Shown here: piece after piece, positions 1-9,429 of the stretch
How positions within the stretch are numbered: the first letter of the stretch is position 1
How the letters are laid out: each line of letters opens with the position of its first letter
Source of the DNA: Vulcanisaeta distributa DSM 14429
Lineage (GTDB): Archaea; Thermoproteota; Thermoprotei; Thermoproteales; Thermocladiaceae
Reading direction: 5' to 3'
Length of the DNA: 32,000 nucleotides
NCBI RefSeq assembly: GCF_000148385.1
Contig: NC_014537.1
Location: 930,001-962,000 of the forward strand
The notes under the pieces: model-generated
The model's database searches: none
Told to the model about the DNA's origin: nothing
The model's input: only the letters and a program-made list of their open reading frames with translations
Translations under genes and position numbers: made by a program

Positions 1-489
1 AAATTAATGAGTGAGTTGCTTGATGATATTGTACTCGTCAATGACCTGGAGATTGCCAAGGCCATACTCACGATAGCCGAGAGTGTGAAGGTCATAGCCG
101 AGGGCGCGGGCGCTGCTAGCGTCGCCGCCTTAATTAGTGATAAGGTTAAGGTTAGTGGTAATGTGGTTGCCATTGTTAGTGGTGGTAATATTGATATGAA
201 TATGTTGTTCAGGGTGATTAGTAAGGCATTGGCCCTTGAGGGTAGGATTGTAAAGATAAGTGGCTTATTACCGGATAGGCCGGGCATGCTTGGCAGGGTT
301 ACCTCAATACTGGGTGAGTTGGGGGTTAATATACTCGATGTTTTCCATGAGAGGTTTGACCCAACAATAACGCCTGGCTATGCCGAGGTATCATTCATCG
401 TGGAATTACCACCTGAGGAGGACGCGGCGAAGAAGGTCATTAGCAGGCTTAGGGAGCTTGGCTTTAACTTCAGTATTGAGAAGCCGTAA
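1..489 (+). CDS. threonine ammonia-lyase (threonine dehydratase), C-terminal part; 5' end outside the window
   Basis: The frame is open to base 1, and the track ORF 7..489 starts at an internal Met. It has a PLP-fold tail (EGAGAASVAAL...VAIVSGGNID). This is followed by an ACT-like regulatory domain (GRIVKISGLLPDRPGMLGRVTSILGELGVNILDV). Confidence 0.8.
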   Translation, partial: KLMSELLDDIVLVNDLEIAKAILTIAESVKVIAEGAGAASVAALISDKVKVSGNVVAIVSGGNIDMNMLFRVISKALALEGRIVKISGLLPDRPGMLGRVTSILGELGVNILDVFHERFDPTITPGYAEVSFIVELPPEEDAAKKVISRLRELGFNFSIEKP

Positions 490-521
490 TGCTTTAAAGT
501 ACGTGGCTTTACTCCTTAGTA

Positions 522-905
522 ATGCCGAGGACAACGGTATTCACTGAAAAGGCTCCTAAACCAATAGGCCCATACTCACAGGCTGTGAATGTCGGTAATT
601 TCCTATTCGTCAGTGGTCAAATACCCATTGACCCATCCACAGGGCAGTTGGTTAAGGGTGGGATTAAGGAGCAGACTGAGAGGGTTCTTGAGAATATTAA
701 GGCAATCCTTGAGGCCGCTGGTTATTCATTAAGTAATGTGGCTTGGGTATTCGTGGCGCTTAAGGACTTGAGCAAATTCTCGGAGTTTAATGAGGTTTAT
801 TCGAGGTACTTTAGGGAGAATCCACCTGCACGCATTACTGTTGAGGTAAGCAACCTACCCGGTGGCGCCTTGGTGGAGATATCCGTTATTGCCGTTAAGG
901 ATTAG
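522..905 (+). CDS. ridA: RidA/YjgF-family reactive enamine/imine deaminase
   Basis: 127 aa with family hallmarks [19 protein letters not shown] and [19 protein letters not shown]. It sits directly after the threonine dehydratase, whose enamine product RidA proteins quench. Confidence 0.85.
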   Translation: MPRTTVFTEKAPKPIGPYSQAVNVGNFLFVSGQIPIDPSTGQLVKGGIKEQTERVLENIKAILEAAGYSLSNVAWVFVALKDLSKFSEFNEVYSRYFRENPPARITVEVSNLPGGALVEISVIAVKD

Positions 906-974
906 GTGCACCTTAATTAAACAGTATAGTGTGCATTATTCTTATTAATGACCGAGTAATCAATTAACGCTGCC

Positions 975-1718
975 TTGATAAGCAATCCAATAATTAGATT
1001 TAATAGGGATTATGTAACAGTCTCTGAAATAGCCCAACAACTGTACTGCGAGTACAAGTTGCATTTATCAATAATTGAGGGCAGGATCCAAACGCCAGCC
1101 ATGGAGATGGGTATAATAATTCATGACGAGGTGTTTAAGGGACGGAGTGTTAATGAGGAGGAGTTCATGAATGCCGTTAGGAGTAATGAGCTTGTGGTTG
1201 CCACATTACCATTAATGATTAATATAAATGGGATTAACATAATTGGTATACCTGATGCCGTAGTATTTATGAAGGGTGTTGCCAAGGCAGTCATCGAGCT
1301 AAAGACAAGTAATAGGTGGTTGGATAGATTATTCGACAACGAGTATGTGCAGGCGCAATTATATGCGTACTTAATTAACAAGCTGGGCCTGGGCGCTGAT
1401 CCCTATGTCATGGTGGTAAAGGTGAAGCGTGATGTAAGTATTACGGAGAGGTTACGCCGGAGCATATTCTCCACAGCAATTAAGTACTTAACGAGTGCTG
1501 TGGAGTTACCTGCCAGGATTAGGTTTAGGGATTTCACGATATACATCAATGAGTTTGATAAATCAATAGAAGCGCATCTAAGGTGGGCTTTGGATTACTG
1601 GTTAATGCGTAGGGAGCCTAGGGCAATACCATCAGTTGGCAAGTGCGCAGTGTGTGAGTTTAATGATAAATGCCCATTCAGGGCCTACGGCCCCAACACC
1701 AATGTGGTAAATACGTAA
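975..1718 (+). CDS. Cas4-family (DUF83-like) PD-(D/E)xK nuclease with 4-Cys Fe-S motif, stand-alone
   Basis: It has an N-terminal Cys (QQLYCEYK) and a nuclease core IPDAVVF...AVIELKTS. It also has a QxxxY motif (QAQLYAYL) and a C-terminal CAVCEFNDKC. TTG start. No cas genes or repeats lie nearby. Confidence 0.7.
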   Translation: MISNPIIRFNRDYVTVSEIAQQLYCEYKLHLSIIEGRIQTPAMEMGIIIHDEVFKGRSVNEEEFMNAVRSNELVVATLPLMININGINIIGIPDAVVFMKGVAKAVIELKTSNRWLDRLFDNEYVQAQLYAYLINKLGLGADPYVMVVKVKRDVSITERLRRSIFSTAIKYLTSAVELPARIRFRDFTIYINEFDKSIEAHLRWALDYWLMRREPRAIPSVGKCAVCEFNDKCPFRAYGPNTNVVNT

Positions 1719-1728
1719 TTCATCACGC

Positions 1729-2193
1729 TCACTCCTCAACAACCTCATTGTACTTCTGGGCTCGTTTTAAGCTCATACGCCTTAGCATGGATAGTACCTG
1801 GTCAATGTACTTATTTACCTCATCCTCATTCAATCCTCTATCCTTAATTATCACCTCCATAACCTTAGCATAACTCTTATACTCCTCATTCAACCTCCTC
1901 CAGGGTATACCCTTCAATGACTGCATTAACCTCTCGTTAATTGGCAGCAATTTCTTAACCATTAAGAATGAAATTATTGGATAACCAACATAGCCCCTAT
2001 GCACGGTCCCATTATCCGTACTATCAACCTCCCTCCTGGAAACATCCACGTAGACCTTATACGTCCTCGTACCATCTGAGGACTTAACCAAGGCCTCCTT
2101 ATCGTTAATTACCTCAACCCTACCATCAGCAAGGGCTCCAAGGGCCTCAAGAACCTTAATCCTAGGCGGCACTCTTAAGTATGCGGAGCTCAC
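1729..2193 (-). CDS. hypothetical protein (154 aa), cytoplasmic
   Basis: Long ORF with normal K/E/V/L-rich composition, convergent with the Cas4-like gene across a 10-nt gap. The N-terminal pattern (GRVEVINDKEALVKSSDGTRTYKVYVDV...STDNG...GYPIISFLM) loosely recalls a cysteine-less SWIM-type layout. That resemblance is only a guess. Confidence 0.5.
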   Translation of the reverse strand: MSSAYLRVPPRIKVLEALGALADGRVEVINDKEALVKSSDGTRTYKVYVDVSRREVDSTDNGTVHRGYVGYPIISFLMVKKLLPINERLMQSLKGIPWRRLNEEYKSYAKVMEVIIKDRGLNEDEVNKYIDQVLSMLRRMSLKRAQKYNEVVEE

Positions 2194-2276
2194 GTAGTTA
2201 TTACATTGCCCTTATTTTTAAGCCATTTTAATAACCTGATTAAAGTTAAAATGGATAACAACACTAGGGCTTTAGC

Positions 2277-3539
2277 ATGGGATTTAAGGAAACAAAGACC
2301 GTCGATCAAGTACTCAGTGAGGCTATTAAGTACATTAAGCACGTACCTAGGATAATCGAGGTAACAATAAGTGAGGCGCTCAATAAGTACATTGCTGAGG
2401 ATGTAATGGCTAGGTTCGACGTACCTGGGTTCAATAGATCCGCAGTTGATGGATATGCTGTGAGGAGTATAGACACGTTTGGTGCCTCACCAACAAACCC
2501 AATAACACTTAGGGTCGTGGGGTTCATGGCCGTTGGCGACGACCCAGGTAAGTACTCACTAAATCCGGGTGAAGCCATTGAAATAAGTACGGGCGCCCCA
2601 CTACCCGTTAATGCCGACGCCGTGGTTATGTATGAGGACACACGCAGGTCTGGTGACTATATCGAGGTATTAAGGCCCGTACCACCCATGGGCAATGTAT
2701 CAAGGAGGGGTGAGGATGTAAGGGCCAATGAGGTCATGTATAGGAGGGGGATGAAGATACTTCCCTGGGACTTGGGCGTGTTGGCCTCGATGGGTATTTA
2801 CAGGATTAAGGTGTTTTCACCGAGGGTCGCAATAATAAGTACTGGTAATGAACTTGTGGAGGTGACGGACGTATCGAGTAATGGACCACCACCTGGTAAG
2901 GTAATCAATAGTTCAAGGTTCGTAATTGAGGGATTACTTAAATCCCTTGGTTGCGAACCGAATTACCTGGGTATCGTGGGTGATAATGAAGATGAGATTG
3001 CGAAGACCGTGAGTAATGCCCTTAAGGATTACGATGCAGTAATTACGACAGGCGGTGTGTCCGTAGGTAAGGTCGATTACACCATAAGGGCTGTGTCAAG
3101 GTTAAACCCTGAGTATTTGAACCATGGACTTTCAATTAGGCCTGGAAGACCAAATAGTATAGCGGTGGTTAATGGTAAGCCCGTCTTCATGCTTAGCGGT
3201 TTCCCTGTGGCTGCGGCGACGGGGTTTGATGTATTGGTAAGACCTATTTTACTGCACATGATGGGCGCTATTGATGATCCTAAACCAGTGATTAAGGGGG
3301 TCTTAACTAGGAGGGTTTCAACTCCAGTTAATACCAAGTCTTTCGTCAGGGTCAGGGCCTATTTGGGTAGGGATGGTAGGGTGTATGTTGAGCCGTTGGC
3401 ATTAACGGGTAGTGGCATACTCAGTACTTTGGTGAGGGGTAATGGTATCCTGGTTGTTCCAGAAAATAGGGAAGGTTTTGATGAGGGTGATGAGGTTGAG
3501 GTCACGTTAATAAGGCCCTTATTCATGGAGGGGTCCTAA
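2277..3539 (+). CDS. moeA: molybdopterin molybdenumtransferase MoeA
   Basis: 420 aa with the typical MoeA layout. The N-terminal region contains FNRSAVDGYAV. The MoCF-binding core contains VAIISTGNELV and AVITTGGVSVGKVDY. The C-terminal beta domain contains VEVTLI. Confidence 0.85.
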   Translation: MGFKETKTVDQVLSEAIKYIKHVPRIIEVTISEALNKYIAEDVMARFDVPGFNRSAVDGYAVRSIDTFGASPTNPITLRVVGFMAVGDDPGKYSLNPGEAIEISTGAPLPVNADAVVMYEDTRRSGDYIEVLRPVPPMGNVSRRGEDVRANEVMYRRGMKILPWDLGVLASMGIYRIKVFSPRVAIISTGNELVEVTDVSSNGPPPGKVINSSRFVIEGLLKSLGCEPNYLGIVGDNEDEIAKTVSNALKDYDAVITTGGVSVGKVDYTIRAVSRLNPEYLNHGLSIRPGRPNSIAVVNGKPVFMLSGFPVAAATGFDVLVRPILLHMMGAIDDPKPVIKGVLTRRVSTPVNTKSFVRVRAYLGRDGRVYVEPLALTGSGILSTLVRGNGILVVPENREGFDEGDEVEVTLIRPLFMEGS

Positions 3540-3578
3540 TAAAGATAACTTTTTAACCTACCTATCTAGCCCTTCCTC

Positions 3579-4049
3579 TTGGAGGCGATGTCATCTTCAA
3601 TTCCTGAATACCTGAGGCAGTCAGTTAAGGTTAAGGAGACTGTTGATGGTGTGGAGATCAATTCATTTAAGGTGCCTCCACATAAGTTCTTTGTTAATGA
3701 GGAGATAACGTACTTAACCCTACCCCTTAATGTTGATGAGAAGGTCCTCATAAATAAAATAAATGAGTTAAAGCTTGGGAGGAAAACAATCGAGAAATTA
3801 TACGCAATAAGGTTGGATGCGGAGCCATGGCAGTACAACGAGCTTGAGTTACCGGATCTACTTAACAATGAGGTTGATGGTACGTCAATGGAGGGTAAGG
3901 GTAACGTGGTATACTCAGCCTACATTCATGTAAATGGCATTAAGAACTTCCTCAAAATAATAGCATTCAAGTACGTGAGCTATGTGGAAGTGGATATAGT
4001 GAGGCTCGCCGGTTATAGGGGTATTGTTAGGTACCTAATACATTTCTAA
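3579..4049 (+). CDS. hypothetical protein (156 aa; start may be ATG at 3588)
   Basis: Coding-like composition. The opposite-strand ORF 3566..3868 is S/L-rich shadow. No family recognised. Confidence 0.45.
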   Translation: MEAMSSSIPEYLRQSVKVKETVDGVEINSFKVPPHKFFVNEEITYLTLPLNVDEKVLINKINELKLGRKTIEKLYAIRLDAEPWQYNELELPDLLNNEVDGTSMEGKGNVVYSAYIHVNGIKNFLKIIAFKYVSYVEVDIVRLAGYRGIVRYLIHF

Positions 4050-4063
4050 GCTAACGTATGAGG

Positions 4064-5479
4064 TTAGCCCTGGGCATCCTCAACCTGTGGATTTAAATCA
4101 ATGTTAAATGCCATGCCAAACCTCCTTTTCGTTTGAATCTTCAATTTATTTACCGCAGCCATCGCATACTCGAGGAATTGATCCTCACCAAAATTCGCAT
4201 ACTCATGGGCAAGCCAAAGCAATTTATTATAATGTATTGGGTCCCTATACATGCTCATTAGTAAATTTACATGATTATTAACGTCAATTTTATCATAAAA
4301 TAACTTCCAGGGAACCCCCTGGTTAAACATTGGCCAATCATAATACGGGATCTCGACTGCGAGTGGTGTATCGCTTTCGTGGAACTTAACATACATCATT
4401 ACTATCCTTGGGAAATTCGCCAATACTTTTCTAACCTTATTCAATTCCTCACGCGGATCTAAGCTTCCATAATCGTCAACGCTCCTTAAGCCCTCGCTAT
4501 CCTCAATTCTATCCTTAATAAACCTCAAGAGATTATCTAACTGGGTCAATGATTTATGGTTTAGGTATGCATCCATGGCCCCAATCAATAACTTCCTAGT
4601 CATACCAACCCTAATACCCTGCATCCTAGCCAATTCCTCCAGGAGCATTACATCGGATATTGACTGGCTAAGGGCGGTCCTAATGCCAACCCTTATTAAA
4701 TCCCTATGCGACCCATTGTAGTTCCTGGCTAGTTCTACTAACTTGCTTCTATAGTTCCTAATCCAGACAATGCTGTACCAATCAATACCCCTATTAAGTA
4801 TGTCCAGCAATTCCTTACTGACGTTAATGAATGGAGCATCACTAAGTATTATCTCCTTAAGCGCCTTAAACAGTATGTAATCCTTAAAGATCTTCAACTT
4901 AGAGTCCTTAGCCACAAACACCACGTTAACGCCAAGTTCCCTAGCCCTATCAAGCACGTTATATAGACTCTCCAGGGCCCTTATGACCTCGGGTACGTAA
5001 TAAAGGTCTAGGAACCCCTTCGTTAATATCAACTCATGAATTAATGCGGTGATCTTGGCGTATAAACTGCCATCTAACAATAGGAAGTCGTACTTACCCC
5101 CCTCTATCGTCCTTAATGCGACCTCACTCTCTATGTATGACAGCAACACCCATTTAATGGATGGTGCAAATACAGGTACCCAATTAACAATGACATCCCT
5201 TATTGGCTGCTCGCCAGTATTATTAACGGCAATGGCTCTCGCAATGATTATGGCGCTCCCATCCCTAAGCTCAAGCTCCCTTACACCACCATCAACGGCT
5301 GTCACCCTAATGCCAGTAGACTTACTAAGTATTGGGAGGGGTTTCCAGAGGTCCTTAGCGTCGCTGGCATCAATAATTTTGCTTAATGTACCATGCATTG
5401 CATTGGCTTTACCCAGCCTATGATCATTATTCAATTCCATTAACCGCCTATAGTAAATGTCATAAAATAAGTCGGCCAC
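4064..5479 (-). CDS. NurA-domain nuclease-like protein (471 aa), orphan
   Basis: It carries the ordered motif series seen in NurA 5'-3' nucleases: IRVTAVDGG, FLLLDGSLYAKI and NVVFVAKDSKLK. It is longer than classical NurA. No HerA/Mre11/Rad50 genes are adjacent. Confidence 0.55.
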   Translation of the reverse strand: MADLFYDIYYRRLMELNNDHRLGKANAMHGTLSKIIDASDAKDLWKPLPILSKSTGIRVTAVDGGVRELELRDGSAIIIARAIAVNNTGEQPIRDVIVNWVPVFAPSIKWVLLSYIESEVALRTIEGGKYDFLLLDGSLYAKITALIHELILTKGFLDLYYVPEVIRALESLYNVLDRARELGVNVVFVAKDSKLKIFKDYILFKALKEIILSDAPFINVSKELLDILNRGIDWYSIVWIRNYRSKLVELARNYNGSHRDLIRVGIRTALSQSISDVMLLEELARMQGIRVGMTRKLLIGAMDAYLNHKSLTQLDNLLRFIKDRIEDSEGLRSVDDYGSLDPREELNKVRKVLANFPRIVMMYVKFHESDTPLAVEIPYYDWPMFNQGVPWKLFYDKIDVNNHVNLLMSMYRDPIHYNKLLWLAHEYANFGEDQFLEYAMAAVNKLKIQTKRRFGMAFNIDLNPQVEDAQG

Positions 5480-5609
5480 TGAGCCATTAACGATACAACG
5501 TTATAATAGTTTTTGCTTACTCAAGTGCTACTGAGTTCAGTGTTAGTTTTAGTGCTGTGTAGGTAAACATTTATTAATAGAGCCTGTGCCTCAATGCCGG
5601 TAATGAATT

Positions 5610-6362
5610 ATGAATTTAAAGTACGTAATAATTACCGCTGTGATTGTAATAGCCGTAGCAGTAATAGGCGCTATCTTTGCGCTTCGCATACTCTACAAGC
5701 CAACTGGACCAACCTTTAATGAATTATTTACATACACAAGTAATAATACTTACACGGCTAATTACAATTATTACATTTACTCAAACATAGCCGGGCAGGT
5801 AAGTACTGAGGATTATCTCTTCACGTATAGCCAGAGGGGACTTACGGAGAGGTACATAGTTGTCACCACAACGAGCGCTCCACAAATGAGCCTATACATA
5901 GTGACTACGCAGTTGAGTAATGGTACCATGATACAGTGCATAGCAGAGCCATTATACGCGGGTTGCACCTCCACGAATCAAACATTCAATCTAATATACC
6001 TAGCACTCCCCATAGTTAATACATCATCATTCACACTAATTGGCAAACAAAAAATACTTGGCTACAACGCTTACTGCTACATGTCAAGAAACACGACAAT
6101 GTTAGGCAATGTAATGCCCAGCGCCGTTCAGGCTGGTCTTGGTTCAATCCCCGTGAATGTAACAAGTGAGGTCTGTATGACCCCGGACGGCGTACCACTC
6201 CTGATAAAGCTGAGCGTATTCACGACATTGAGTATAAGTGGGTATTCGGCGCCAATAAACATAACCCAGTCACTACAAGCCATTAATGTTCAGGATGGTA
6301 TTTACCTGAGTAATAACGCCACAGCCCTGCTCAAGTCCCTTGGCGTTAATGAGACAGGATGA
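5610..6362 (+). CDS. membrane-anchored secreted protein, sequon-rich, unknown family
   Basis: N-terminal hydrophobic anchor (YVIITAVIVIAVAVIGAIFAL). The rest is T/N/S/Y-rich with at least eight NxS/T sequons (NNT, NGT, NQT, NTS, NTT, NVT, NIT, NAT, NET). Confidence 0.6.
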   Translation: MNLKYVIITAVIVIAVAVIGAIFALRILYKPTGPTFNELFTYTSNNTYTANYNYYIYSNIAGQVSTEDYLFTYSQRGLTERYIVVTTTSAPQMSLYIVTTQLSNGTMIQCIAEPLYAGCTSTNQTFNLIYLALPIVNTSSFTLIGKQKILGYNAYCYMSRNTTMLGNVMPSAVQAGLGSIPVNVTSEVCMTPDGVPLLIKLSVFTTLSISGYSAPINITQSLQAINVQDGIYLSNNATALLKSLGVNETG

Positions 6363-6399
6363 AAAATTTAATGTGAGTCGCCATTAGTTTTAAAAGTAG

Positions 6400-7248
6400 G
6401 TGCTTGCTAATCGTGATGCCGTGAGTACCCCTAATGTAGAGATATTCATACACCCAACATGTAGCACATGCCATACACTAATTAGGTTATTGAAGCAGTG
6501 GGGTTACCTGGATAGGGTTAGGATAATAGATACGTCTAGGGACCCATACACGGCCATGGAGAGGGGCGTTAGGTCAGTGCCAAGCATCTTCATTAATGGC
6601 GAGCTAGTATTCGCTGGGATAGTTGATTTCAAGAGACTTAAGGCATTGCTGGATGGTGAGTATTTGGGTAATAGGTTTGAGGGCGACTTAAAGGAGCTTG
6701 AGGAGAGGTTTTTCAGGGGCGTCCTCGATAGTGTAGCGACGGCATTATGGCTATACGTTAATGAGGATTGTGATGCCTTTCTCAGGGATAAGGAATTCGT
6801 AATGGCGATAACGAACCTATCGGTGTATAGTGATCGTGAGGAGCTATACAATGAGCTACGTAAGTACCTAGGCAATGCCAATACGTGCAGGGAAGCCATA
6901 AGGAGTAGGGAGGATAGGTTCCTAACTGTGATAACCAAGAACTTCGCTAGGGAGATTTACTGGCTCCATAATAAGTTCCTGAGCTGGGGTGAAGTGTCGA
7001 AACTATATAGCAGGGAAGTTATTGCCCACTGGATGATTGTACGAAGCGCCCTTGGTAGGGTCGGCCTTAGGGCTTACCCAATCAGTAATGAGAGGTTTAG
7101 GGAGAAGGTTGAGAGGGTTTATGAATACATGAGCAAGACGTTTGATGATTACATGAGGCAGGTCATTAATGAGCAGACAAAGATATTCAGTGACTCGGAG
7201 TATATCGAGGTCATTGAAGGCTTCATGAAAAGTATAAAGGGTCCTTAG
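6400..7248 (+). CDS. thioredoxin/glutaredoxin-fold protein (CSTC active site) fused to an uncharacterised ~190-aa helical domain
   Basis: GTG start. The N-terminal ~85 aa read VEIFIHPTCSTCHTLIRLL...GVRSVPSIFINGELVFAG. This is a small redox-active thioredoxin-like fold with CxxC at 6460..6471 and a cis-Pro-type VP. The gene ends 18 nt before the radical-SAM gene. Confidence 0.65.
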   Translation: MLANRDAVSTPNVEIFIHPTCSTCHTLIRLLKQWGYLDRVRIIDTSRDPYTAMERGVRSVPSIFINGELVFAGIVDFKRLKALLDGEYLGNRFEGDLKELEERFFRGVLDSVATALWLYVNEDCDAFLRDKEFVMAITNLSVYSDREELYNELRKYLGNANTCREAIRSREDRFLTVITKNFAREIYWLHNKFLSWGEVSKLYSREVIAHWMIVRSALGRVGLRAYPISNERFREKVERVYEYMSKTFDDYMRQVINEQTKIFSDSEYIEVIEGFMKSIKGP

Positions 7249-7266
7249 GCAATTATTTGGTGAGGC

Positions 7267-8982
7267 ATGGATAGGGTAGTAATACTTGATGGGTATACAG
7301 ATGAGCCGGCGGGGCTTGGTGTACCGCCCTACTTAGACGTCTATCCACGCTATGTCGCTGGTGCCGTGTGGAGTGTGGATAAGTCAATTGACGTTAAGTA
7401 CTTCACGATTGACCAGGTCAGGAGTGATTGGGCGAGCTTTGTCAGGGTTGCCAATGAGGCCAGGGTACTCATTGTCATAGCGGGCATCGTAACGCCGGGT
7501 AAGTACCTCGGTGGTGAACCCATAAGGCTTGAGGAGATTGAAAGAATAGCCAACATAATTACTAAGCCCATAAAGATCCTCGGAGGCCCAGTGGCCAGGT
7601 TTGGCTATGGTTCAGCAGGTGGTACAATAGCAATACCAAGGAGTAGGTTTCAAAGGTACTATGATCTGGTGGTCACGGGTGACGTGGACCTAGTCACCTA
7701 CGAGTTACTGAGGAATAATTATCAATCATCAAAGGTCTCACCTGCACTTACGCATATTGACTATGGATTAATTAATAAATTCGCCGTGCTTGGCGCCCAC
7801 ATAGTCACTCAACACCCTAATTATGGCAGGAACCTGATCATCGAGCTTGAGACATATAAGTCCTGCCCAAGGTACATCAGTGGTGGATGTTCCTTCTGCG
7901 CCACCGTTAGGTACGGCCCAGTTAAATATAGGGATGCTAAGGCGATTGTTGAGGAGGTTAAGGCATTGTACAGCCTTGGCGTTAGGCATTTCAGGCTTGG
8001 TAGGCAGGCCGACTTCTACGCCTATATGGCCCACGACACCGGCAAACTGGACTTCCCAAGACCCAATCCAGAGGCCATTGAGAGCCTACTCGTCGGCATT
8101 AGAAATGCGGCGCCAGAGTTAGAAACCCTACACATCGATAATGTTAACCCGGGCACCATATACCACTGGCCTAGGGAGAGTGTGGAGGTTACGAAAACAC
8201 TGATGAAGTACCACACGCCAGGTGATGTTGCGGCAATGGGTATCGAGACTGCCGATCCAAGGGTTGTTAAGTTGAATAACCTCAAGGTGATGCCTGACGA
8301 GGCATACTTCGCGGTTAAGACGATAAGTGAATTGGGGAGGGTTAGGGGTTGGAACGGCATGCCCGAGTTATTGCCCGGTATAAACTTCGTCATTGGTTTA
8401 CCTGGTGAGACCAGAGAGACCTTCAGGTTGAATATTGAGTTCCTCAAGAAACTGCTGGATAACGATGTTTGGGTTAGGAGGGTCAACATCAGGCAGGTCC
8501 TCGTACTACCACCAACACCACTATGGAGCCAGGCCGACGACATTAAGCAACTGCTGAGGGAGCATAGGAGGTACTTCCTAGCCTTTAAGTATTGGGTTAG
8601 GAGGTACTTCGACCATGAGATGCTTAGGAAGGTTGTGCCGAAAAGTGTGGTATTGAGGAGGGTGTTTACGGAGGTTCATTATGGGGATGGGACGTATGCG
8701 AGGCAGGTTGGTTCATACCCACTATTGATCTACATACCCGCTAAGATAGAGCTTGGGAGGTGGATCGACGTTGTGGTGTCGGAGCATGGCTTTAGGTCCG
8801 TGATTGGTGTGCCATACCCAGTTAACGTTAATGAGGCGCCAAAGCGATTACTCAAGTACGTACCGAGCATGAGCAGAGACGTACTAAATAGGATAATTGC
8901 GGCAAGACCAATAAGAAGCTATGAGCAATTGAAAAGCATAATAGGTGGTAATCAGGAATTGATTAAGTACCTGGCATTATAA
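7267..8982 (+). CDS. radical-SAM family protein with flavodoxin/B12-binding-like N-domain and C-terminal helix-hairpin-helix-like tail
   Basis: Cys cluster SCPRYISGGCSFCA at 7864..7899. The downstream core has an Elp3/COG1032-like flavour (VRHFRLGRQADF, GIETADPRV, INFVIGLPGET). The last ~53 aa (8821..8979) read VNVNEAPKRLLKYVPSMSRDVLNRIIAARPIRSYEQLKSIIG. This resembles a ComEA-type HhH module. Confidence 0.65.
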   Translation: MDRVVILDGYTDEPAGLGVPPYLDVYPRYVAGAVWSVDKSIDVKYFTIDQVRSDWASFVRVANEARVLIVIAGIVTPGKYLGGEPIRLEEIERIANIITKPIKILGGPVARFGYGSAGGTIAIPRSRFQRYYDLVVTGDVDLVTYELLRNNYQSSKVSPALTHIDYGLINKFAVLGAHIVTQHPNYGRNLIIELETYKSCPRYISGGCSFCATVRYGPVKYRDAKAIVEEVKALYSLGVRHFRLGRQADFYAYMAHDTGKLDFPRPNPEAIESLLVGIRNAAPELETLHIDNVNPGTIYHWPRESVEVTKTLMKYHTPGDVAAMGIETADPRVVKLNNLKVMPDEAYFAVKTISELGRVRGWNGMPELLPGINFVIGLPGETRETFRLNIEFLKKLLDNDVWVRRVNIRQVLVLPPTPLWSQADDIKQLLREHRRYFLAFKYWVRRYFDHEMLRKVVPKSVVLRRVFTEVHYGDGTYARQVGSYPLLIYIPAKIELGRWIDVVVSEHGFRSVIGVPYPVNVNEAPKRLLKYVPSMSRDVLNRIIAARPIRSYEQLKSIIGGNQELIKYLAL

Positions 8983-9033
8983 GTCCTTACTAACAGTTAT
9001 AAAAAGTCTTTATTACTAAATAAAATTGAGGAA

Positions 9034-9429
9034 ATGCGTGAGGAGGCAGAGCAGTGGTTCAAGGAGGCTATCAGGGAGCTCGAGTTAGCACGGCACTTAC
9101 TTGAAATAGGCTACCTGAACTACGCGGCATTCCATTCGCATCAAGCTGCTGAGAAGGCATTGAAGGCGTTGATAATTGTAAGGCTTAGAATGTTACCGCC
9201 AAAGACCCATAACTTACTGGAACTAGCTGAGAAATTGAGGAATGGTGGTATTGCGATTGATGATGTACTTGATGATCTGAGGGATTTAAACCCGCATTAC
9301 CTAGTTGCTCGTTATCCAGATGCGGCTAATGGCGTACCCAGTGAGGTTTATTCAAGGAGGGAAGCTCAGCATTGTGTTGAGTCCGCATCTAAGGTGGTCG
9401 AATGGGTGAGGAGGTTATTCATGAGTTAA
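9034..9429 (+). CDS. HEPN-domain protein (putative toxin/RNase component)
   Basis: 131 aa with the typical archaeal HEPN pattern YLNYAAFHSHQAAEKALKALI, R-x6-H (RMLPPKTH) and ARYPD. Confidence 0.8.
   Translation: MREEAEQWFKEAIRELELARHLLEIGYLNYAAFHSHQAAEKALKALIIVRLRMLPPKTHNLLELAEKLRNGGIAIDDVLDDLRDLNPHYLVARYPDAANGVPSEVYSRREAQHCVESASKVVEWVRRLFMS

Noticed and set aside
5588-5609. CAATGCCGGTAATGAATT upstream of the 5610 secreted-protein gene vaguely resembles AACAGCCGGAGTAAAAAA.
   Set aside because: The similarity is limited to GCCGG..TAA, and it sits only about 16 nt from the ATG, which is the wrong spacing. The protein also lacks the MMGM start.
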